Of a stretch of 64,000 nucleotides of DNA, positions 1 through 12,635 are shown in pieces. A program made the position numbers and the translations under genes. The notes below the pieces were generated by a model. The model had not been told where the DNA came from. It ran no database searches and saw nothing but the letters and a program-made list of their open reading frames with translations. The stretch spans positions 13,082,001 to 13,146,000 of the forward strand of contig NC_045719.1 of NCBI RefSeq assembly GCF_009834535.1, read 5' to 3'. Each line of letters opens with the position of its first letter. Position 1 is the first letter of the stretch. This stretch comes from Camelus ferus. Lineage: Eukaryota.

Positions 1-429
1 TTGCTATACACATGTATACATACACATTACACATACATTGCACACATTACGGTATAGGTCAAACATTTTTTTTCAATAAATCAAGGTGTTAGTAAACAAT
101 TATACTTAATTCAATTTTCTTTTGTTTAACTGATAAATTCTTCACCTGTTTTTTTTCAAATGAAATATAGACAGTAACAACAGTAAACTGAAGGGAGGTA
201 AAATAACAGAGATGAATCCAAGGGATATTGGCCACATTCACATTAATAGTTTTCTTTTCAATGACAGCTGCCGAGCATGTTTTTTTCACAGTATTCAGAT
301 TGACAATTTATTTTAAGATATACTATTTTGCCTCTTGTTAAAAATGCAATATATATTTTGTTACACAATAAATAAGGACGAGAACAAAATAAAGAAAATA
401 TGCTTTCATTATTCGTTACCATAGAAAAA

Positions 430-1380
430 TCACTATGAACAATTCCATTGTATAACATTCTCTTATAAGCACCCATAATTTGTAAAAATGGCATTGCATG
501 GTACATTCTGTTTTGTTGACTATCTTTGACAGTTGACAACCTATTATGAAGTTATTTCCAACTCAATGTGTTTCACCCTATGTATGGTATTTATTATCAC
601 AACTCTGCCACAATCCTACTCGTAACTAAACCATCCTTGGAGGAAGCCTGATAGGTCTTTTATCAACACCCAGGCCCTGTATTGTCTGCTCCTGTATCGT
701 CTTTTATTTAATTTTGTCTGGCACCTGTTGTGCCTCCTAAACTTGCGTTCTCAGATGTACATCCAGAAGATTTTTATTCTGTTCTCTTTTTGACTGTTAG
801 TTTGTTTCCATTTGTTCTGTATTTTCCTTGGGAATACAGAATTTGGGGTGTTGAGTCTCTTTTGTCACTTCATTATCATATCATCTCAGGTCTTCCATCA
901 TTTTGGGGACCCTTTTCTCTGCATCTCAGCAAAGCCTCTCAAACACGCTTCCTGTAGCAGAGATTTGCTTTTATCATGCTGACTCTTGCAATGCTATTGC
1001 AAATATAATTTTAAATTCTGCTGTGACATTTTCGCATTTCTTTCTTGAACTTTTCCAACCCAACTTTTTATTGTCATGTCAAAGCATTTTAATCTTTTTT
1101 CATGAAAATTGTGTTTATCTTTATTTCCTTCAGGAAAAAAACAGATTACATCTAATTTTTTACTTCTGTTTCTTGTCTAATATATTTTTAGAAATCAGGT
1201 ACTTAACTTTTTAAACACTTTATCTTTTTTTTTGGTTATAGAATAGTTTTAATAAGTCTTCTACTACTTTCTTCTCCAATGAAGAAATAACACCTCACCT
1301 TGTATGTTTTCTTCTAACTATTATAAATGCATAATCTTTACATATGCTCACTCTATTGGTATCTTATGTTCAAATATGAA
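430..1380 (-). mobile_element. Possible highly decayed L1 (L1ME/HAL1-like) remnants
   Basis: T-rich sequence resembling antisense ancient L1 (e.g. 'attccattgtataac' near 441). Boundaries are uncertain. Confidence 0.3.
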
Positions 1381-2467
1381 AACGTAGGTTAAACAGGAGT
1401 CTGGGGAAAGAGAAGAGTATCAGAGATGAATATTGTCCCAAAAGAGGAAGTCCTACTCTGTGTAATTCTTTTCCCTGTTTGTTAAAACTACTTTCAGACA
1501 CCTGGTATCATCACCTAAATCTCTATGCACCCCAGCCTCCATCCTAGGTATACAGTATAGTTGTGATGGGCTTTCTTCAAATTGCTGTTGTCATTTTTAT
1601 TGGAAGAGAGCATTGCTGTTCCAGAGAAGGGCCCTAAATCGTCACATTGAGCTCCACCAAGTCAGAGCAGGGTCCAGTGTGAAACGTCCTTCTAGGAGAA
1701 ACTCAGCTCTGCAGTCTTATCCGTATGATTCTCCCAACAGAGAAGTGTTGTGGAGTGTTTATTGGCATCCATTGGCACAGGACATGAAAAACAAGAATTA
1801 CACCTTTCAAGTTTAAAATCCTACAGTTACTTTTCAAATGAATGAATAAATAAGCCAATGAGAGGAGAATGTTCAAAAGGATTCTTTTATATTCCGTTTA
1901 ACATCAAGCCACAATCTTTACTTTTCTTTCTTTTAAACACTTTCTTGTATAACTTTTAATTTTGACCTGTATCTTCTTATAATTTTTCTTCTTTCTGACC
2001 AATAAAATAATAAAATCATTTTGGCCTCAAGTTTCTAGTCTTTTTTTTCCATGAAGTATATGTATGAATACACACACACACACACATAGTAAATGTACAT
2101 ATATATAATGGAAACTTTATATTGTATTTATGAATTTTTCACAAGAAATTTAAATTCCTGTATTTGTTTAAAAGATTATTTAGTGACTGATTTTTGTATT
2201 TCTCTTTTTTACTTTTCAGTGAATATTAAATCTAATTTTTATTTTCCTGGGAACTACAGAATATAAAAATATATTATAAATTTTTAATTTTATATTCAGT
2301 GGAAGCATACCAATAATTCAAATTAAGAAATATTTTTAAACTAAATTCTAAAATTATACATTATAACACAGATTTTATTCACTGGTCTTTGTACAACATA
2401 ATGTATAAATTACATTTCATTTTGTAAAAAAATGTAAAGTTAAGAATATTATGCCCCTTTAATTGTT

Positions 2468-2859
2468 TTTCTTTTAATTTTTTAAATTGAAGTCTAGGTG
2501 ATTTACAATGTTTCAGGTGTAAGCAAAGTGATTCAGTTGTTCACATATATATATATTCTTTTTCAGATTCTTTTCCCATATAGGTTATTGCTAGATATTG
2601 AATATAGTTCCCTGTACCATACAGTATGTCCTTATTGTTTATTTATTTTATATATAGTAGTGTATATCTGTTAATCTAAAATTCCCAATTCATCCCTCCC
2701 CTCTTCCTTCCCCTTTGGTAACCATAAGTTTGTTTTCTATGTCTGAGTCTACTTCTGTTTTGTAAAAAGTTCATTTGTATCATTTTTTTAGATTCCACAT
2801 AGGAGTGATATTATATATTTGTCTTTCTCTGTGTGACTTACTTCACTTAATATGATAAT
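2468..2859 (-). mobile_element. L1 3' end (cetartiodactyl-type), 5'-truncated
   Basis: T-rich tail followed by diagnostic antisense L1 3'UTR text: 'gatattgaatatagttccctgt', 'cctttggtaaccataagtttgttttctatgtctgagtct', 'tagattccacata', 'gacttacttcacttaatatgata'. Confidence 0.85.
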
Positions 2860-3771
2860 TACTGGAAACAGAACTCTGTTATTAAAATGTTTTGAGCCTA
2901 CAATATATGCATACGTATTTATTTAAAAATAATAGGTATGTTCTACTAATTGTACATGCAGATGCATTTTACTAATTATTATATGCATAAAACACATGCC
3001 AAAATAGAAATATTAAAATATGAGATAAAGATGAGTTATGCAGTATTCAACATTATATCTTATTTATTACTGTTCCAAATTTTTTCATACTAAAGCACTA
3101 TTAATTGATACCTACTAATAGTGACTTTAAGTGCTAGCCATATTATTTACTCTACCACATTTTTCTGGAAAAATATTGCTATAATACTTAGTGACACAGT
3201 TGGAAAAAATTTTTGGTTGGAAGTTGACAAAATTTATTTGATTTTCATGGCTCTCATAGCTGAAAATGATAACCTTACAAAGACACAAAGACTCAAATAC
3301 AAAAAGAAGTTATCAGCTACACTTATCAAGCCATAATATTTATTTTGAAATTTTATCTATCTGAGCAGTTATGGAAAGGACTTGGTTGAAATTCAGCCTG
3401 TCAAATTCTTTCCTAATGTCTACCAACTGTTTGTTCCAACAACTTTGAAAGGGTAAAATGGTTATATTTTTATCAAATGGATTTAAACTTCTCTAAACTC
3501 TTTATTTGGAATACCTTAAAATAGATTAAAAATCTGCTTTTTAGTGGCTTCATATTGATATGTACACAGATGACACTCTTAGGTAAATTTTGGTAAATGG
3601 TACCCTAACTAGGCAAACATCTCCAAACAACTTTTTTCAAAGCTCTGTCTTCATAGCTTGGGAATTTTTTGAAAAAAAAAATTTCTTTCTTATAATTTTA
3701 AAACATTGCTTTTATCTTGAAGTGACAGATTAAGTGCATTCATTTTTCCCTAAAATATATTCTGGATACTA

Positions 3772-4324
3772 TGTAGGATTCAGGACTCACTACTCCAAAC
3801 AGAGGCCACCTGGAGTATTAAATCTCGTAAGCTGAAGAAATTAAAAAGAAAAAACAGTGGATGCAAGACGGTCCATTCTGACCTCCCTCCACCCTTGTCC
3901 TTTTTCCCTGAAACAGATCATAAAACTCCCGTGTGAAAGTTTCCCTACTTTGAGCCAGGAGGAGGGAAGACATACCTATCACCAGAGATGGAGAATTTGG
4001 GACCAAGAATTATGCACAAACCAACCTTGTTAAAATAACTCTTCTCTTCCTGGTTCCGTCTTCACCATTTACTTACTTTTTCCTAGCCCGAAGCCTTTGT
4101 CTTGTCAGTTCTTCACAAATTTATTATTTCTTTGTTTAAAAGTTATAGAAGCTTCCTGCTCCGGTCACTTCTTCAGGTCTTTGTTCTCTTGTGAAGACTC
4201 CCAGGTACAGGTCAAAGTTCAATAATGTGTCCCGTCTTCTTCTGTCAATCCGTCTTTGTTGGTTTCATTTTCAGACGCAGCCAGGAACCCAAGAGGGTGG
4301 AGGAAAACTTTTTCCTCCCCTACA
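3772..4324 (+). mobile_element. ERV1 solo LTR, MER34/MER39-like (MER4 group)
   Basis: TG...CA termini (tgtagg...ttttcctcccctaca), 553 bp. The 3' end 'gaggaaaactttttcctcccctaca' resembles MER34-family LTR ends. Confidence 0.8.
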
Positions 4325-7300
4325 GATGCTACTGACCATCACTAAATTTGAAATACTGCCTTACATAACTTTGCATAATACTCCTTATCTTATTACAAAG
4401 CATTGTAAAGATGCCACGATTTAGGTTCACATAAGCTGGCATATGTAAACGGTGGCACTGGAGGGGAAAGGCTGAGCGAGTGGGCACTGCGCATGCCTCC
4501 ACGCTCCTCCAAGCCCGCCCTTCCCATGGCGACACTTGAGCATGGAGGTGATAAGTGACTTTCTAACAAGTGGCTCCGTTAAGAGCATCAAGGTCAGCAC
4601 ATTAATTAGATTAGAGTGAAGCTTAATTCCTTCTGCATGTTCAGGACAGAAAAAAGAAAGATAGAAATGGAATTTCTAGTACTTATTTCCCATACCCCAA
4701 AGGAACAGTTTGCAGCCATTTCTGTGAGTGTACACCCCATTCTGGAGATAGCCATCTGGAGTCTAAAGATACAACTGCCATTTACCACTACTAAATATTT
4801 TGACTTTGTGAAAATTCTAATTAAAAACAGATTCTCTTTTCTTTGTAAAATAAATCCACTTGACAAAATTAAACACCCAGTTTTCTTTCTGTTAAGATTA
4901 TTTAGATAATCCTCCTTCATATAAGGAAAAAGAAAACAAAAAACAAGATTCAGATCTATGTTTTCAGTCTTTACAAAAGATTGATATGTAATTACTAATT
5001 AACTTCATTAGCTCCAGGCTCATTGTTTGGATCTCTCTCTCTCTCTCTTTCTGAATATATATAAAAGCTTCAGAGAATTCAGAGATTATATTAGATGAGT
5101 ATTAGAAATTGATATGTGTACAAATATCAACTTCTATATCCTAGTCCTGTTTAATTTTTCTCTTCCAATATCTCCTCCTCATTTTACTAAGCTTTAAAAA
5201 TTTAGTGTTATCATACAGGTAGAAACGTCTAAATATAGATTCCAGCTGTTTCTTTTGTTACACTTGGCCTCCACTACTTCAGCGTTTCCAAGTCAGTTCT
5301 GTTCTTCTTTTTTTTTTTTTTTTGAAGAGACTTGAATTTTTTTTAATCCATATATTTCATCTATTTTAAACATCATGGTAACTTCCATTTTTTTATTAAG
5401 GATGTGTAAGGTTGGAGGTACAAAAGCATCTCCAGTTGTGACTAGCTGGGGTTCTTCCATCTCCTCTCCCAGAGTTTCCAAAGGAGTGAAGGGAGGAAGC
5501 TGTTGAACTGACAGCTCTCTGCAAGGCGCCAAACTGTCAGAATAATTTGAAGACAGATTAGCTTTACAGATTGTTTATTAACATATTGGCAAAGGGATGG
5601 TGACAAGGGGGCTGCTTCCTGCTTGGCTCTGCATAAACTGGATTTTCCTGTGAAACAAACTTTTCTGTGAAGTGGGGGGTGGGAAGTGGGTTCTGGAGGG
5701 ACCAGGGCAAGCACATTCTGCACCTGAAAGCAGCAGTGTAGTGCCTTCGTTTAAGATCTTGAGCAAGCGAGGCTGAACTACTTCTGAAGAACTCAATCAA
5801 ACTCACATTTTTTCCCCTTGACTATTTACATAAAACATGCAAGTAAGGAATAGAAATCTCTGGGGAAAAAAAATTTTTGCTTTTCATCAGTGAGCGTACA
5901 CACGCATACACTTGTGTGAGCATGCCTGCGTGGGAGGGGTGTTTATGCATTTAGTGGATAACTTATTTTTCTAAGGTGGTTTATACAATCCAAGCCAAGC
6001 CAAACACGGGTTAGCAAATACATCTTCCACCACCTAAGAAGGCAATGTAGGAAAATCAGAGTTGCACATTACGCTTTGGTTCAATATTAGTTGAGTGTGG
6101 TTTTGATCTTGTTATTTAGGATTCTAGTGCATCCATGCACAACTCAGGGCTTGCCTTGGATTTCCAGCCTGGCCTATTGAGCGCCATTGACTATTTAAAA
6201 CTGTTTGTTCGAGATAATAATGACAAGCCAGAAAGACTGAGTGTTTTTCAAATTTGTGATTGGGATTTTGCAAGTTTTTATACAATTTTGCCTTAATGCC
6301 TGAAAACAAAATGTAGAGTACACCAAAAGCCGCGGGCCAGAGTGAATCCCAGAGGGCTGTATCAGGCTGCTTATAGTTCATGCTTCAGTACTGATTGAAT
6401 CCAAGCTCACTTTGAACGTCACCTGTTATCCAAGTACAGGACCGAGTTTTCATTTCTGGCTCACTTCCTCATGTTTATGTGACCCGTGCTATCACCTGAA
6501 ACCCAGCTGCAGATCTCATCTAGGGAGGTGACGTGGCATGGGTGTGGCTCTCGGAGAAGGTGGGCTCTGCTCCTTTCTGGCCGAAGGAGTGGCCTTATCT
6601 GGAACGGGAGCCTAGGAGGGAAGCTCAAATACACGGGGGAATTAAAAAGTAATGACAAGGGAGACTGCAGTGGGGTTAACGGATTACAGAGTTAGGGGAG
6701 ATATTTTGATTCAGCCTAGGAGACTAAGGCCAGACTCAAGATCTACCCAATATTGTGTCATGTTCTAGGTGCTAAGACGGAGAACCTGTCAAGAATCCGT
6801 ACAGACTCTGATGGAGAGATAAGAAGAGGTACAAGCTAGTTTGGGGAACTCTCCTTTTGTGCTGCAGGGCTTCTGGTTTCCATGGTCTACCATTTTTCAA
6901 GGAGATCCTAGGTGAGACCTTTTAAGGACTCAGATGGCCTTAAAAGTGCCAGGTTGGGCCTTGTAATCAACTCCCTAAACTTCTTTAGGTTGTTTAAACC
7001 CTCTGTTCCCTAGTTCTGTTTCCTGCTTTTAAAATAGTGTGTGAATTGCTTTTAGATCGTAGAAGGACACCTCTGAGATAAAAATAACAAAATGTGGCAG
7101 AACTTGAGATATAAAATTGCTGTGTTCACTGAAAGTGTACATCTTCTAAAAACCTGAACACTTGGAGAAAAGATACAGGAATAAATTTTTAAAGATTCTT
7201 CATTCTCTTAAATAGTTTTAAAATGTCTGGGCTTGAAAGGAACCATATTATTTCACAGGTCTTCATTAAGTACCTTATTGAGTCTTTTTAAATTGAGGCA

Positions 7301-8239
7301 TATTAAATTTTTATAAAATTTTAATAAAATTCCTCAGCATATTAAAAAGGACACCTCAGAAAAGTGAGAAGGAAGTTTTCAGAAGCAGACACCATGACAG
7401 AAAAAGTAACAGCTCCTCAAAAGAAAAAACTAATTAAAAACCAAAAAAAAAAAAAAAAAAAAATGGAAAAGTATTATAAAAAGAAACATAGCAATGTTCA
7501 AAATATGGACAAAGAATCACTAAGAATTTTAAAATTCTATGTAGCATTCTTCTTTTTAAAAAGTTAGAAATGTGTAACCTTATATTTGCTTTAAAAATAA
7601 TTACAATTTTTAAATGACATTTGAGTCTTTGATTAATTTGAGAGGCTCAGGTATGACCTCAATTCCTAACGGTCATAGGATTAATAAAATATCACTGAAT
7701 TGTTAAGTTTTTCAATTATCCAAATAAATTTTCTGCATGTGGATTATCTGTTCTTACTTGTGGATCAGCCTTTATATTAACATCTGAAATTGTTATCATC
7801 ACCTCTTCCTCTTATTCAAATAAAATATGTTCAGGAATGTAAATTTATCTTAATATTAATGAAATAAATACAATTGAAGGAAGTCATCTGCCTATACCAA
7901 TATGTGACTTATTACGCTCTTTAAGTAACTGAAAACTGACTTTACCAATAATGAAACCATCATTCCATATATGTGATGTCCTGATTAGCCTGCAACTGAC
8001 ATTCAAACCATCAGTCTTAAGTCATCCTCATGTTATCAGTCAGTCTTCACCACATGGACTCAGTTACCTCCCAGACTAGTGGTCAAGGCAGGATCCTTCA
8101 GAACCCAGAGATGGTGCGGCTTCTGCATTATCTACCTGAGGAGCTGAACCTTCTCCTCAGTTACTTGTGTCACCAGGAACCATCGTACGCTATGACAGTG
8201 GCCATATTTTAAACCTCATATACCTGTCAATCCAAGCAT

Positions 8240-8310
8240 CACATTAGTTGCCTAAGGTCACAGCTCTAGAAATGATCTACTTTGAGCTGGGTCTGCCAGA
8301 CTCTAAAGGC
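8240..8310 (-). mobile_element. MIR fragment
   Basis: 'ttgcctaaggtcacagctctagaaatg...gagctgggtctgccagactctaaagg' matches the antisense MIR core/5' part. Confidence 0.5.
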
Positions 8311-8787
8311 TGTGATTTTTCTATTTTTCAAATATGGAACATTTTCCTGGTGAGACTGTAGAAAAGTCGGTGTGTTCAGTGCAGGGAAGAGAAGAATCAG
8401 ACCCGACAATACCTTTCTCTATGTGAACATCCTGGGGGGTGAAGGTGGGGTTGGGAAATGTCATTAGGGAAAAAAAAAAGTATATGAGTAGTGATTAATA
8501 TCAAGGTCATAGAAATAAAGAAACATAAAAATGAGAAACCTCATTGTCATCTCTGTTATTTTTCTCGCAGAATGACTGTAAGATAAAATGTGAGTAATCT
8601 TAGACTGTCTCTAGAGAAAAACTGTAATACAAGTACAATTTATGGTGAAATGGACAAAACATAATTTTAAATTTCTCAGAAAAATTATATGAAGTCTAGT
8701 AAAGTTGAAACTGAGTTCTTCTGATAAACTGAATTTAAATTGACTCTAAGTATTTCATATACATATATCTCATAGAGATAGCTTGTG

Positions 8788-8990
8788 TTTAGAGGTACAC
8801 ACTACTATATATAAAATAGATAAGCAACAAGGACCTACTGTACAGCACAGGGAGCTATATTCAATTTCTTGTAATAACATATAATGGAAAAGAATCTGAA
8901 AAAAAAGTATGTATGTGTATGTATAACTGAATCACTTTGCTGTACACATGAAACTAACATTGTAAATCAACTACACTTTAATAAAAAAAA
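8788..8990 (+). mobile_element. L1 3' end (cetartiodactyl-type)
   Basis: 'actactatatataaaatagataagcaacaaggacctactgtacagcacagggagctatattcaat...tgaatcactttgctgtacac...tgtaaatcaactac' followed by an A-rich tail. Confidence 0.85.
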
Positions 8991-9044
8991 TTTTTAGATA
9001 CAATTTAGCAATAATTATCAAAAATCATAAGAAGGATTTACAGA

Positions 9045-9270
9045 ATAGTAATTACATGTTAGACACTGTTTTAAGCACTTTGGATGACTTTTTCATTTAA
9101 TATTCATGATAGTAATATGAAGTAGGAACTTTGATTCTTATCTTTTTCACATGTGATGAAAATCAGGTGTACAAGATATGAACAATTTACCTGGAGTCTC
9201 CACAGATCCTATGGGGCATATCCAGAATCTGAACCCAGGTCTGTCAGATTTCAGAACCTGCACTCTCCCT
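9045..9270 (-). mobile_element. MIR
   Basis: 'agacactgttttaagcacttt...catttaat...gaacccaggtctgtcagatt' follows the antisense MIR consensus. Confidence 0.6.
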
Positions 9271-9362
9271 ATAAATTATTGTTTTGTAAATGTCATTTTC
9301 TATACATGACCAAAGTCTTATTCTATAACATGCAAATACGAGTTAAGAATGTAAAACCAGGA

Positions 9363-9420
9363 GATGGTAGGTACTCAAAAAATAGTTTCTGAATAATTGA
9401 ATAAATGTTTGAATGAATGG
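9363..9420 (+). mobile_element. L2 3' tail
   Basis: 'gtaggtactcaaaaaatag...tgaataaatgtttgaatgaatg' is a typical L2 terminus. Confidence 0.45.
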
Positions 9421-9524
9421 TTGTATTAAACTTTAAAAAACATAAAAACTCGATATAGAGAAATACAGTAACATTTATAGGCATAATAATCAAATGTATA
9501 GATAGATCCTTAACGTTTCCATAC

Positions 9525-9715
9525 TGCTTATCATACATTTAATCTATTTGTTCACAACAACACCCCCGTGAGGGGGCATTGGTGTTCTCATTCCACTTTC
9601 CTGATGAAAAAGCTAAATCTTAATTTTATTACTTTGTCCACGTTGATACAATACTGGGTAGCAGACTCTGAAGTTGAATCAAGGACCTTCGGCTAAACAT
9701 CCAATCCTATTTCAG
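9525..9715 (-). mobile_element. MIR (decayed)
   Basis: 'ttcacaacaacacccccgtgag...ttcctgatgaaaaagct' resembles the antisense MIR core. Confidence 0.45.
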
Positions 9716-10179
9716 CACACACGTTAGTCTTGGAAGTCAATCACACCAAATGTATTACTGTCTTTTTTCCTGATTTCTGATTTGCCCAAAACATATCGAT
9801 TGTAGGAGCAAAACTTCTTTTTACCTCCTGCTAGAATTTTATATGATCACATTTATTTTACAGCCTGAGTCATTATATCATTGCTCTGCAAGTCCTTCTC
9901 CGCTGCTCGGAAGCCCAATGCTGTTCTGGGACTGTGTTCCTGCCCTATATACAAAAGACATTCCTTTGGAAATTAGATGAGTGGTAACCTTATTAATATT
10001 TCATATTCTCAATCCTGCTTGAATTGATGATGCTGCAGTAATTTTTGTGTGAAATAATGTAACATAATGTGCGTAGAGAGTAAGTAGGCCTGTCAGAGAA
10101 TTAATAAAACTTAGTTGTGAGAGGAAAAAAATTCTCACTTTTTTAACCCTAATTCAGGAGGATTTAGCCTTTCTCTCTG

Positions 10180-10560
10180 CCCTATGAAAGCCGCCACGTT
10201 ACTAAGTAAAGCATCTTTATGTGCTGGAGTGTAAAGAAAAGCTGGCATCACTCCCCTCCGTAGCTGCTGATAGAACGTGGTGCCCTGCGCATCCCCACAG
10301 AAGTGCGCTGCGATCCACGGACCAGTGCGGGGGGGGGGGGGTGGCAGGGCCCCGAGAAACGGGCGGTCTCGGCGGGACGGCCAGCTGTCCCTCCAATGCA
10401 GGCGGCTGCACTGAAGGGCAAGCTCATACATGTATTATTTAAGATAAATACCAATGCCATGGGTTCTACAGATTATCAAGGTGCTAACGCCCAGTGAACA
10501 GAAGGGCAGAGCCCTCTTCTGTCCTGACGTGGCATCCCGTGTGCAAACGTGGTCTCATCC
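10180..10560. promoter_or_regulatory. Small orphan CpG-rich segment (candidate enhancer)
   Basis: About 20 CpG in about 380 bp within AT-rich flanks, a G13 run at 10329-10341, and TGACGTGGCAT at 10525-10535. Confidence 0.5.
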
Positions 10561-12399
10561 ACTTTCTGCTCATCCCGTGCCTGCCCTGCTCTCCTGAGCT
10601 CACTGCAGCCAGCAGAGGGGTAACTCCCTCTACACTCCTCATCTCTTCTCTTCCTGATTCTGTCCTTTCCTGCCTCCTAGTCCTTTCCTGGACACCAACA
10701 CCTGAGCCAGCCCCCTTCTTTAATGAATCCTTTGCATTATCTTATTTAGCATGCTTTTTGACCTTAAACTTTGTTTTATTCTTACCTCTGGACACTTTAA
10801 TTTTTGTATCATTTTGTAGCTTTTGGTAACAATTCACTCTGTCAAGCCCATCTAGTCAGCATAATACCTCCTTTAGGGCTGGCTCCTAACATCTGCCACG
10901 AGAAAGGATGGTGTCCTCCACTTAAAAAAGTAAGATAAAACTTTCAAAAGACTTGAAAAAAGTGTTTATTTTTTTAATTTAAAGTCCTCAGAAAGCATGA
11001 AGTAATTCAACATTTGCAGATAATTTATTACTTCTATGAAGTTATCATTGCTAGTAGGAAATATTTTTTTCCTATGAGATTCCAAACATTAAAAAAAAAT
11101 AGTGGCAAACTTAAAGGCAGGTTACTAATGTATAAGTAATTTTATATATAAAAGGATTCATAAAATAAAAAAAAACACAAATGGTTGTTTCTCTAGCCAT
11201 CTAAATTTACAAACTCTTATTTTTACATAGTATCTCAAAATCTGTTTAGAGATAGACCAATTGATTCATTCAAAAGATTTAAACATAGCCCAAAGTATAC
11301 ATGGCTCAAACTCAAATTTCTTTCCTGTTTCCATGCTTTAGATAAATAAGTCATTAACAGTGATTTTTAAATCCTCTTAAAATAATTTATTTTGCCTTCA
11401 GCATGTTCTGTTACCACTGGTGTTTTATTTTTTTCAGTGTTCACATTTTCCATTCATTCTTTAGTTTATACATTCTCTCGAATTTGTAAGTTTCCCGTAT
11501 ATTTCTAAGAGTGATATTATTTAAGTTTAGTTCTATGTTATCATACTTGCAATTTTCTAAATACAAAAAATACGCATGCTGCACAACACTCCGTGTATTT
11601 CTCCCTTAATCCACAGCGGAGCCTTCACAACGTTTTGCATATCAGAAGGGAGCGGGGCTGGGAGAGGGAAAAGTAACTTCAATAAACCGTTTGACACACG
11701 TAACTAGATGGCAGCCGTGAGCCTCAATGAAACAGTGAATGGAATCACCTTTGAGGACCTCCAAGGCTGATACTCTCCACGGCTACAGAATTCTTTGGCA
11801 GATGTATTACAGTGTCCCCCGTAAGCTGCCCAATCAGGGTTATTCATTTGTTCAATTATTTACAGGACTTAGTTTTGATGTTCCACCTTAGAAGAGCTTC
11901 TTTTCTCTAGTGACTGGCAAGGTCTTCTAAATATCTGGGGTTAGCTGAGGCTCAGCTTATAACTGGTCAAGAAGACAAACGAGGTCCTACAAATCTGAAA
12001 GAATTGTTCCACATTCCCAAGTTTCCCCCATTAGCAGGTGTGGCACAGCCACTGAAGGGGGCACAGGGCAGGCAGAGAAGCATGGTGAGATGAAGACGGT
12101 TCCCCCTCCTCAACTGTATCATATTTCCATTGTTGAGTTTAATCGGTTGGGGAAAATAAACTGTGAACCTTCATTCTTCATAACCAGGGAAGCATTTCCC
12201 TGGAAATTTTCTCCATCCGATTCACTTATTTAAAAAGAAAAACACCTGTTCCACTGAAATTCTGTGCATTAGAGGTTCACGTGTTCATGTGGGAGTTTGT
12301 AGTACAGCTTGCTAAATATTCCAGTTTTCCCTCCTTTTAGGCACGTCAGAGGCGTGTACTCCTGGCTTTCTTGTGGGTGACGTACCGCATGCCTGGATC

Positions 12400-12635
12400 T
12401 AGTCAACAAGGACTAAATTCAGTTGAATTGCTAATGTGATGCCCTCCAAATTTCTTTTTTCTTTCTTCCAAGAACCCAGCAAAGTTTCAGGCAGTGGCTC
12501 TTCCATCAGCCAGGGTCCTCCACGAAGGGCAAACTGGACAGAGACCCCCTAGTCAACCCACGATGACATGTATCATGAGTTATAAAACTTCGCTGTGTCA
12601 AGACACTGAGAATTGAGTTTGTGGTTACTGGTTCA
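12400..12635 (+). mobile_element. Old MaLR LTR (MLT1-type) 3' fragment
   Basis: 'gagttataaaacttcgctgtgtcaagacactgagaattgagtttgtggttact' resembles the MLT1 LTR 3' end. Confidence 0.4.

Noticed and set aside
7420-7465. Long poly(A) tract as the tail of a retrocopy
   Set aside because: No TSD or upstream retroposed body could be identified.
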